A stretch of 64,000 nt of DNA. Source: Tubulanus polymorphus. Taxonomy: Eukaryota > Animalia > Nemertea. A program made the position numbers and the translations under genes. Of this stretch, positions 12,801 to 23,097 are shown one piece after another (the first letter of the stretch is position 1; each line of letters opens with the position of its first letter). Where the stretch lies: NCBI RefSeq assembly GCF_964204645.1, contig NC_134026.1, positions 31,115,432 to 31,179,431 on the forward strand, written 5' to 3'. The notes beneath the pieces were generated by a model. It worked only from the letters and a program-made list of their open reading frames with translations. It was not told the DNA's origin and did not search any database.

Positions 12801-15756
12801 AGGAATCGGTTCGGGTTCTGCTTCCATATCGAACGCGTGACTGTCGGTTTTACCAAATAAAACACTCGACGAACCCTACACAAATAAATGAACTAAATTT
12901 AACTGATGGACCGACATGACTAGACTGTTTGATACTGATTTAACTGAGGGACCGACATGACTAGACTGTCTGATACTGATTTAACTGAGGGACCGACATG
13001 ACTAGACTGTCTGATACTGATTTAACTGATGGACCGACATGACTAGACTGTCTGATACTGATTTAACTGAGGGACCGACATGACTAGACTGTCTGATACT
13101 GATTTAACTGATGGACCGACATGACTAGACTGTTTGATACTGATTTAACTGAGGGACCGACATGACTAGACTGTCTGATACTGATTTAACTGAGGGACCG
13201 ACATGACTAGACTGTCTGATACTGATTTAACTGAGGGACCGACATGACTAGACTGTTTGATACTGATTTAATGCCGTTCTCTTGTTAGTCACTTACGAGA
13301 CAATTTTTATCCCAGTTCGTAAATGTGAAATCAGCGAATGCTGGACACACTTGAACATCTTCAAAATCACGTCCTCGGAACTGACCTGAAAATAAATCAC
13401 ATTCTTAATCACAGGTTTACAGGGTTCATAGTTGTAAGGCTAACTGGTTGATGTGGAACTGGATGTATAACTGGTGGTTGTGGAACTCACTGGACTCTGT
13501 CGATATATCGAGAACTTTTTCGTGTTCGTTAATAGTTCTATGGGTTGTTGCCATGACGACTGCGTTTGAATCGAGCTGTAGCTGAGATGAGTTGTCGACT
13601 GTGTATAGATGATTCAATAACAGACCGGTGGTGCCACCTTCATCGAACGTCGAAGCCATTTGATGAAATAACGGATCAACCTGGAAAACATTGTAAAACC
13701 ATAAAAATGATTCGGTTATAAATAGAGTCGGCTGTGCTTCTGTCTCCAGACTGCGTGTCTAGGAGCTGATTGCATCACACGCCACGTATCATAAAATATC
13801 TAACTCCAATTCATATAATAATGAGCCATCCGTGCTCCGGCTACCTCGGAGTAAACTGATTGGATCCGAAGCAAGCGCCGTCTACTGGAGGAGAATATTA
13901 CTTAAAACTCACCTCAAATTCCAGATCAAATTTTTTCACTTTGATATTTTTGAGATTTGTTTCTACTGTTTTACCGGACTGAAATGAGAACAATATACAA
14001 TATCAAACATACTCGAGATTGATATATCAAGAGTGAAATCTCAAAATAAAAATCTCAGATATCAAGTTTTCTTATCCTGCCGACAATTGAGGAGTTCAAC
14101 TGATTTTACCAGGAACTCGATCAATCAATTTGAAGGTCAAATTTGCGCAGTGTTGTCATCATAGATTTTCTGAAGTTCAGGCCCCGAGTTACAGTTAGCC
14201 AAATGAGGAACCGAGCGAGGGGAAGATTGAGGTTTTCTTACCCTTCGAAATCGTTTCTGTTTCTTAGCCACTTGTTGTGAACAATCCTCCTGATTATCAA
14301 CTTCATTCCCACCATCTTCCGCATTATTCGAATCTACGATAAATCAAATTCATCTTGTGAAATATTTTAAGACCAAGATTTTAAGGGGCCACGCATCCAT
14401 GAGAGGGACAAAGTCAAATTTTCACTATGTAGATTATGCTCAGAATTATGATCTTTATTGATGAGGGAATTTTTTAGAAATATTCCAATGAATTAAGAGA
14501 GAAATCACGGGTGAAATGAAAACAAACCTTTCTGTCCGAGTCCACCTAACATTTTATACGTATCTGAGTGTATCGCATCAACTCTTCCCGCGTATATTTT
14601 AGCACTAGCGTCTAACGTAGAACTAGCAACCTGTATAATTATAATCCATTCATTACAAATCAACCGAACGCAATTAAACTTTTCACGGACCTAGAAATGT
14701 TTAAAATTTAATACCTGAAAATTGCTCATTTCTTTTTTCTTGATCAGATCAGCCATATAATCGATAAGATGAAGACCAAATGCATTTTTCGCATTAATTT
14801 TCTGTAAAAGAGAATTATTTTCTAAAATATTTTCAGCCACATTTGAGTTGATCAGAGTAGTCACTAGTGTTATCCACAATGCCTCTTGCACTAAATCTAA
14901 GAACTCAAGTGGTTGAGGGAACCTGACTGGTTTGAAGGATGCTCTGAATGGAGCTCAGTTTGGGTTGAAGGAATTTAACTTACATTTTCAGCTGATAATT
15001 TGATACAGTTTGTATAATGTTCAGATAGTTGTGCGTTACTGAGACCGTGGAGAGGAGCCGTTCGAGATCTGAAACAAATCAAACTCCAGTCATCACAGTG
15101 TCACATTAATGAAGTCATCTCTATTTTTGAGTCCCAATTTTGCAATTCAATTTACAAAAGTGTAAGTTATCATTTTGATAAATCATCAGTTGCAAGTCGG
15201 GCCGGTTCCATAGTCGTGGCTTAGACTTAAGACCAGTCTAAGACCATCTTAGTTCTATAACCAATCTAACAACTTAAGACCACTTTTCGTCTTTTAGACT
15301 TAAGTCTCGACTATGGAACCAGCCCCTCAAGTCTTGTCGACTTGAGTTCAGTTAAACTCGAGTTAAACATCTCTATTTTCTAATCTCAATTCAATCCAAA
15401 TGACGACTTACACTTAGTAAATTATACGTCTAATTCAAGTACAAGTCATCAATCAGTCACAGACATCAGCTGTGAGTTTCATCATACCTGTCAGTAGGAC
15501 TGGATCCAGGGCTGCTCAGGTGCATTCGTTGAAGTTCTAAAACTTTCGATCGGCGTCGAGCTTTTTTCTCCGCGATGTCGTCGTTCTCCCGGGCGACGCT
15601 CGTCGGGGACGACATCGACCCGGAGCCGCCGCCCGTGAACACCGACACATGACGTCTCGTAGAGGGCGACACGTAATCCTGTCGAGGAGTTACAGTCTGA
15701 ACGTGTGAAACACTTCCTCCCCCTGTCGGTGTTTTAAATACACTATCAGCCGCCAT
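9860..15756 (-). CDS. NCAPH: Condensin complex subunit 2 (kleisin NCAPH / Barren). Multi-exon; the 3'-terminal exon is not resolved.
   Basis: ATG at 15754-15756 and first exon 15488-15756 ('[29 protein letters not shown]', matching human 'NDDEKERLQRRRSRVFDLQ'). Exon ~14714-14880 ('[20 protein letters not shown]', cf. human '[20 protein letters not shown]'). Exon 14528-14630 ('[28 protein letters not shown]'). Exon 12731-12875 (acidic region). Exon within ~11488-11811 ('[28 protein letters not shown]', cf. '[27 protein letters not shown]'). Exon 10722-10907 ('[11 protein letters not shown]..'). Exon ~10431-10537 ('[20 protein letters not shown]'). Exon 9860-10027 ('..[21 protein letters not shown]', matching human '[21 protein letters not shown]'), followed by the donor 'gtaaat', so at least one more 3' exon exists. 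Confidence 0.9.
12888..13270. repeat. 41-bp tandem repeat (~9 units) in an NCAPH intron
   Basis: Unit 'aactga(g/t)ggaccgacatgactagactgt(c/t)tgatactgattt'. Confidence 0.9.
15199..15326. mobile_element. MITE family A (terminal inverted repeats GGGCCGGTTCCATAGTC ... GACTATGGAACCAGCCCC)
   Basis: 128 bp with perfect inverted termini. The internal 'cttagacttaagaccagtctaagacca..agttctataaccaatctaacaacttaagacca' core is shared with copies at 18608, 29267, 33447-34150, 37782, 38650 and (degenerate) 48826. Confidence 0.8.
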
Positions 15757-16357
15757 CTATAACAATCACAATAAAATAAAGCAGTTAGTTGATTTGAATT
15801 GCGTTCATTTGAAATTGAAGCCAAATTTGGAGCTTTAAAATCATCAAAACATAATAAAATCATTTACAATCGATTCTCATTAATATCATTCTCACTTTTA
15901 GATGGTTTTATACCTGTAGATTATTCCGTAGAGCGATATTTTAACGGTTAAACTAAGTATCGCCCGACGAACAATTCAATAGCCGCGCCCAGTATAACCC
16001 GCTCGCTGAACCGTCGATCATTGATTTATTCCACAATGAAACGATCAGATTCTACAAGTGGGTTTTTCCATATAATTAGAATAAAATATATCTATATTCA
16101 GCATAAATTTAGCACTAATTCCTGTTCAAAATCAGTTTCTTTTACATTAACAAAGCACCGTTTCGTTGAATCAGTTTTGTAATTAGTATTGCGTGGGGCT
16201 AATTCGGTTGGTAAATCATGACTCTCTGTAACCCTAACCCTAGCCGTAACCCTAACCCTAGCTAACCAAATACACCCGAGTACAGAGAACGCGGATCCCG
16301 ATCTCGGACTGACGAGACGGACTGGGACTCGGAATACGACACGGACTAATAACCAAC
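15757..16357. promoter_or_regulatory. Head-to-head (bidirectional) promoter interval between NCAPH (-) and DDX56 (+), containing an interstitial telomeric repeat
   Basis: 601 bp separates the two start codons. (CCCTAA)n-like 'taaccctaaccctagccgtaaccctaaccctagctaacc' lies at ~16228-16268, about 90 bp upstream of the DDX56 ATG. Confidence 0.6.
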
Positions 16358-19300
16358 ATGGCGGACGAAGAGAAATCTCGTGTTTTGCAATGGAATGAAA
16401 TGGATTTAGACGACAGAATTCTCCTGGTAAAGTCTTAATACGATGTAACAAACCAAGAACAGACAATCATAGCTGTTACATAATTAGAAAACACAGTTAT
16501 TCAATGTCAGGCGATCTTAATCTGGGCATCCATTTTTGACTGAAATTGAAACTCAAATCCAAGTCAAATCATCAATTCAACAACTTCAATCATTCATTCA
16601 CACAACACAACTTCAAAACAAAATGTTGGCCTACAACGTTGCATGCAGGTCCAGCATTTAGCATTTAGGGCAATGGAATGAGCAAGTTGGACTACTACAC
16701 TTGCCAGCCCACCTCAAACTGTTTTGCCTTTTTTGGCAATTAATCTGCCGTTTTTGGCGTGACAGATGTTGATGATTGTGATAGATTCTATAGTTGTTTA
16801 TTTTATAGGCGATATCTAAATTAGGATGGGCCGAACCGACGATGATCCAAGAGAAAGCGATACCTTTAGCTCTTCAGGGTAAAGATATTCTGTCTCGAGC
16901 TCGAACTGGATCCGGAAAAACTGCTGCATACGCGATACCAGTTATACAGAAAATACTCAACTCTAAACAGGTGGGAGACGAATCTTAGAATAATATAGAC
17001 CCAGTTTCACCAAATAGTCCTGCTAAAAACTAAAGTTTTCGGTTACACATTTTTGCTGCAAGTTCAAACTTAACCATTTGATTTGAAGCTTAAATTTTTT
17101 CACGAAACTGAACCCGGGAGCAAAGGAAAATTTCTGAATCCTTGAGAAGAGTTCCTGCATTCTAGAATCCAATCATTTGAAATCTTGATATTTTTAACAG
17201 ATGTTGATGTTATATTTTTTACAGTTAGCTACGGAACAGACTGTAAAGGCGTTCGTGCTCACCCCGACGAAGGAACTGTCGCATCAAGCTTACAAAAATA
17301 TCCTTGATTTAACGGCGAATTGTTCTAAAGAAGTAAAATGTATCGATATTTCTGGTCAGATTGAGTTGGACGCTCAGAGACCGATGTTAATGGAACAGCC
17401 CGATGTCGTAGTCGGTCCGCCCAGTCGTATATTCGCGCATTTAAAAGCCGGAAATTTGAAAGTGAAAGAATCGTTAGAACTTCTGGTCATCGATGAAGCA
17501 GATTTAGTTTTCTCGTTCGGTTACGAAAATGACGTCAAACAAATATTGAAATATTTACCGAAGATATTTCAGTCGTTTTTGATGTCAGCGACGCTCAGCG
17601 AAGACGTGAAATCACTGAAAAAACTCGTTCTTCATAATCCGGTGATCTTAAAACTGGAGGAGGCTCGACTTCCGGAAACCAGTCAACTTACGCAGTATCA
17701 TATCAAGTGAGTTTATACGTGAACATATCATTTAGGACTAACTTTAGAGAGACCTGAACACTGGGGTCTTACAGATCAAACAAAATAGGAGGAAATCAGG
17801 GAATTTTGCTCAGTAGGATAATCGGGCAATTTGAATTTTTAGTATCTTGTTCTTGCTCTGGTGATGAGTGACACAAACAGCCCTCACTGAGGATGTCTTA
17901 TAATTCGATCAGGGAATTCAAATTCTAACCTCTTATCTGTAAGAGCCCTATGAAAATGTGTTTATTATAACCAATTGAATTTAGAGAATAGTTTTAAACT
18001 ATTGCGTTATTTTTGCTCTATGTTTTAGATGTGAACAAGAAGACAAGTTTGTACTGATTTATGCGCTGTTTAAATTGAGATTGATTTTGGGTAAATCTCT
18101 AATCTTCGTCAATAGTGTTGACAGATGTTATAAATTGAAACTGTTTCTGCGACAGTTCGGAATTGGTACATGCGTTCTGAATTCAGAACTACCCGGAAAC
18201 TCTCGGTACGTACCGATATTAGATACGTTTTAAATGTTTTAGGTACAAAAGATGAATTTGTTTTGATGGTATTTATTACAGGTGTCACATTGTAAATCAG
18301 TTCAACGATGGTTTATACGATGTATTGATTTCCTCAGATGAACGCGCCGACCAGATTCAACAGAAAGGCAGTCAGAAAAACCGTAAGAAAAGGTACCTAT
18401 CATTTTATATTAACTGATGTTTGAAAAATTATTCTGACATTCTCAAGGAACCTTAGCGGCAATTGATTTCAAATACAGTGAAATGTGGTCGCCTTGTATG
18501 CCTCGGATTATTGCGTGTCCCACACGACAAAATGTTAAAGATTGTCCTAATTTAATCCTTGTGATGACCAGCCATCATCACTCTGGAGAATTTACTTGCT
18601 GCCCTCTGGGCCCAGTTCCATAGTCATGGCTTAGACTTAAGACCAACTTAAGGCCATCTTAGTTCTATAACCAATCTTACAACTTAAGACCAGTGTAAAC
18701 TAAATTTGGTTCTTTAACCAATCTAACAACTTACGACCAGTCTTAAAATCTAAGTCCATTTTTGGACTTAAGTCTCAACTGAGGAACCGGCCCTCTCCGG
18801 TCAAATTTACTAGCTGCCTCAGGGAGTAAATTCATTGGTCTTGTGAAATCGTGATTAGAGTCTCTTCTTGCATTAAGTATTTTATTTTTTCTTAGGAAGA
18901 AGGATCTCGAATCAGGAGTTTCACGTGGTATCGATTTTCAGAAAGTTTCGAACGTAATAAACTTTGATTTTCCGATGGATGTGGATTCGTATATTCACCG
19001 AGTTGGACGGACCGCTCGCGGCGACTGTAAAGGAACCGCTCTATCATTCGTCAGTTTAGACGAAATGCCGCGTCTAGAAGAAATAGAAAATACATTATCT
19101 GATAGCACGCGTGAGTACAATACACAATAAAACTAATTATATGCAAATATATTCACTGATAAAACTAATTATGCAGATTTATTCATGTGTTTGTTTGTGT
19201 TTGATTGGTGGAATTTTCATTTATTTCAAGCGGAAGGGACGAGTTTGTTTAAACCGTATAATTTCAAGATGGACGAATTGGAAGGTTTTAGATATAGAGC

Positions 19301-20595
19301 AAAGGTTCGTATTACAGTCAAACTTGACTTAGTCACATTACGGAAGTCATTTGAGTCTCAATTTGTTGTATTTCCAATTCTATTTACTCAGTGTAAGTAG
19401 TTTATGTAATTGATCGTCACAATGACTTAGTCAACAGGGTCCAGTTCCACAGTTCTGAGTTAAGATTTGACCCTGGGTTAAAACATTGAAAATGAACTAA
19501 CTTTAACTCAGAGTTAACTCTGACTCAGAACTGTGGAACTGGGTCCAGTTTGATAGAATCATTATTTAATGTAACTTTCACTATAATCATTGTATGATGT
19601 TAAATGTTTGTAGGATGCGATGAGAATGGTGACTACGATTGCTATTAAACAGGCTCGAGTCAAAGAAATAAAAGCTGAACTATTAACGTCAGAAAAATTG
19701 AAAGTACGTCCTTTAAAATGGAATATGAACTCGTTGTCGTTTTTGTTGATGTTAGGAAAGATTTTATGAAGTGAAACGATGTTTATATCTTTTCAGTCGT
19801 ATTTTGAAGATAATCCTCGAGATTTACAGGTTTTAAGACACGATACAAACTGTAATCCAATTAGAACTCAGTCTCATATGAAGAATGTACCGGATTATAT
19901 TAGTAAGTTATATCATTATTTACCACAAAAGAAAGCCGTAGGCTGATTTACATACTGTGACAGGTCTTAGATACACTTAGGCAGGACAGTATAGACTTTA
20001 TTTACAGACAGCCTCTTAGTTTTGATATTTCAATGTCCTTTGTGAAGAACGCACCTCAAATTATCAAGGTGCTGCCATTAAAAGTCCTATCTTGTCTCTC
20101 TTGTTTATGTCTTCTACGGTTTTGTTTAAAAGTATTTAGAATTCTTCTCTTATTTAAAAGATTTGTGTACTTATAAGTTTCCCTGATTGTACCCTGTTGT
20201 GGATGGCAGCGTCAGGGTTGTAGATTCACACTCTTCAGTCTGGGAGAGGCTCAGTGTTTTACCAGTGTTAGTCATATCGACGACAGTATTTTAATGTATC
20301 TCTATTTTGACCAACTCAATGGCTGTTTTTCTCTCGTGCAGTTCCGCCGACGCTACAGAAATTAAAACGACCGATTTCTTCGACTAAAACTGGAGTTTGG
20401 AAAAAGAAGAGTAAAGAACAGGAACGAAGACCTACTCGAGGAGAATTAAAATATCAGGTATGTTTTAACTCCGTGTGAAACCTTTTAACCCGTCGTGAAG
20501 CACACGCTCAATAAACTCCTCTCTCTTTTCAGAAACGAAAAGCCGATCCTCTGAAAAGTTTTGAATTCAGAACAGAAGCCAAAAGAAAGAAATGA
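16358..20595 (+). CDS. DDX56: Probable ATP-dependent RNA helicase DDX56 (nucleolar DEAD-box helicase); 11 coding exons
   Basis: Exons 16358-16426, 16809-16970 ('[39 protein letters not shown]', near-identical to human DDX56 '[39 protein letters not shown]'; Q-motif and motif I), 17225-17706 (PTKELS, VIDEAD, SAT motifs), 18029-18205, 18292-18392, 18896-19109 ('HRVGRTARG', motif VI), 19231-19304, 19614-19703, 19796-19902, 20342-20457, 20533-20595 (stop TGA). AATAAA-like signal at ~20611. Confidence 0.93.
18608..18793. mobile_element. MITE family A copy in a DDX56 intron
   Basis: 'gggcccagttccatagtcatggcttagacttaag...ctcaactgaggaaccggccc'. Confidence 0.75.
19436..19546. mobile_element. MITE family B (terminal inverted repeats GGGTCCAGTTCCACAGTTCTGAGTTA ... 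TAACTCTGA(C)TCAGAACTGTGGAACTGGGTCC)
   Basis: Near-perfect hairpin. Related copies or fragments lie at 11286-11360, 30732-30858, 39295-39420, 44473-44557, 45301-45515 (double), 48330-48385 and 61946-62014. Confidence 0.75.
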
Positions 20596-20799
20596 TGTTT
20601 TTAATAACAAAATAAAATTGATAAATTTCAAATTTGATCGAGTTGCCTTTGACTGACTAGTGGAATGTGGACTCCTCCTGGTGGAATGTGGACTCTATCA
20701 AACAGATGAGACGAGAAGATACATTAAACAGAATCTCTTGAGAGACAAAAAGACAAAAATGTTTTTAAATAAAAATTTCCGAGTTTATTTGTTAACATT

Positions 20800-22565
20800 T
20801 TATGCTAATATTTCAACCATTTGGTTAATGATACTGTCTAATCTATCGGCAGGAATAATCATAACGGTTCTGTACGAGTCGAATTCCTCGTCCTCATCGT
20901 CCCAGTCTCCTCCGACAGCGGTATCCTTCTCACTGTTCACGCAATACGAGAAATTAAATATCGCCTCCTGAAATAACAATGATGAACAAATTAAACTGAA
21001 TCTGAAGACTCTGGAAAAACCTCTCAAAAACATAAACAGGGAAGAGTGGAGATCTAGGAAGCTAAGAGTCTAAAGGAACAGTCGGGTTATTTTCCAGGTC
21101 ACATTCCTGTTCAGCGAAAGAAACATTTTGCATTTGGAATACAATAGATTCAATTTCAACGTGAATGAGTTTAGTCAAATTTGCAGGTTTCAACGACATT
21201 TATCTTGACAAAAAGGCAGGAAAGGTAAGGGGCTGGACCGCCTGACATTACCACCTAAATTTCGTCCTTGATTAAAGTAAAACCTGAATCTACCTGGAAA
21301 AAGAGTTCCTCCTCCGCGTTTTGGAAGATCAGTTCCAACGATTCATCTTTCTTTTTCATCTTCGATTTTGTGTCCTTTAAAACGTTCGTTTTACTGATCA
21401 TTAAAAAGTTCTTGAATTCGAATTTCATTTTCTTCTGATTCGCTTTCTCAATTTCCTTTCTACAAAATTAAGCGATCATTTTAACGATGACGATAAGACG
21501 TATTGAGGATATTTTCAGAAACTGAACGAAGATTTTCTACTAACTTTAACGCTTGAAACGAAGGTAAAGCTATTTGTGGCGGGATATTGATGAATCTTTC
21601 GTTGATTAAAAATCCTAAACATTGTCGCGAATCGCTGAAATAATTCTTAAACTGATCTCTTTTATTACAATCATTGCACCTTTCTGTTAACGTCGAGACC
21701 ATTTGTTTTACGAAATCAGCGTCCTGTAATGGAATAAATGAATTTGATAATTTACAATCAAAGAGCATCCGATTTACTTGGTTTCCGATTAGCAAATAAT
21801 CTCTACCTTTTTGACGGTAACATTGATTACAGAAATGACACCGAAAACTTCATTAGAATCGCTGATATCTTCATCATCTTCTTCTTCTGATAATTCACAT
21901 TGCTATAGAATATAAGTTCAGGTTTATTAAGCGTCTGCTCAAATCTCGTTTTAATGTTCACTTTACAATGATGATACAGACTTACTTTTATGATACTTCC
22001 GACATAATTTTGGGCGATTATCATATCTGACATTTCTGTCAGGTCAATATTGGCTTTGATAAACAGCTGAAAATAAAACAAAAAAGTTCAAATATAAATC
22101 ATTTATAAGCTTTTTAAATCTTTTAAGCCGTAAGGAATGTAAATAATTTAAGCCTTCAATAATTTTGATGGGAATTTTTAAAATGGTTTTCATTCAAAGA
22201 CTTTAATTTACCTGTTGTAATAGTCTACGGATGCCATGGAAATCACTGTCATCTGCTGTTCTCGCTTCAAAATCAATTTGAATCTCCTGCAAAAAAGTAG
22301 CACACGATGGATTCGAACCCAGTTGATAAAACGCCACTAGTTAACATATGAGACTAGGGTCGAATCCCATAAATATTCCATAACAACATGATTTAATATG
22401 GAATTTGGATCGATGGATTACCTTTTCCAACATTTCGTCATCACTGTTTTCACTTTCATCGTCATCCTCACTGTCATTTTCCTCCACATCTGGGTCGTTA
22501 GTCTCTTCATTTTCCAATTTTTTCATTTCATCCTCGACCGCTCGCTTTTTCCTGGGCGCAGCCAT
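20800..22565 (-). CDS. BCCIP: BRCA2 and CDKN1A-interacting protein (BCCIP); 7 coding exons
   Basis: Exons (- strand) 22422-22565 ('MAAPRKKRAVEDE..acidic..EMLEK'), 22212-22286 ('EIQIDFEARTADDSDFHGIRRLLQQ', matching human 'VNIEFEAYSLSDNDYDGIKKLLQQ'), 21986-22066 ('LFIKANIDLTEMSDMIIAQNYVGSIIK', matching 'LKAPVNTAELTDLLIQQNHIGSVIK'), 21807-21902, 21545-21723 ('..FLINERFINIPPQIALPSFQAL', matching 'LLLSERFINVPPQIALPMYQQL'), 21294-21459 ('..FQNAEEELFFQ', matching 'FANAEEEFFYE'), 20800-20967 ('EAIFNFSYCVNSE..YRTVMIIPADRLDSIINQMVEILA*'). It converges tail-to-tail with DDX56: the stops are ~205 bp apart. Confidence 0.92.
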
Positions 22566-23097
22566 CTTGTTTTTATAAATGTGGAATCTATTTCTGAAAC
22601 AATGGTTCCAAAGTTATCCGATATTTGTTATATTTTTCAATCAAATTTTACTAGAATTGTCGGTAATTAGTTTTTTTTAATTTTACTGTTCAATTTGATA
22701 AAAGACTTTCTCAAATCCTAACTGTGCACAGAAACGCGTGCTTCCTAGCACATCATCGTGCCAGCGTTATAGTTTTAGTTTTAATAGTAGAAAGGTCCCG
22801 AAATAGGTTATTTCTATTTTAAATGAATGAATTAGTTTTCCTATGGGGCCCATCAAATGTGGTAAGAAATATAAGATGGAAGAAATATTCTATACGCTAT
22901 CATGCCATGGCTTATGAGAGTGTCCGTAGTTTATTCTGGATTTATGTGTGGCCAAAACGAATGCACCCAGTAGTTTTTCAAATGCCACCTAGATGGCGGC
23001 AAAGTCTGGTCGAATATTTTTTCGGAATCGCTTGCGGTCAAACGCCGGGACGATTAGAAAATAATTGATAATTCACGAATTTCGTTCTCATTTTCAG

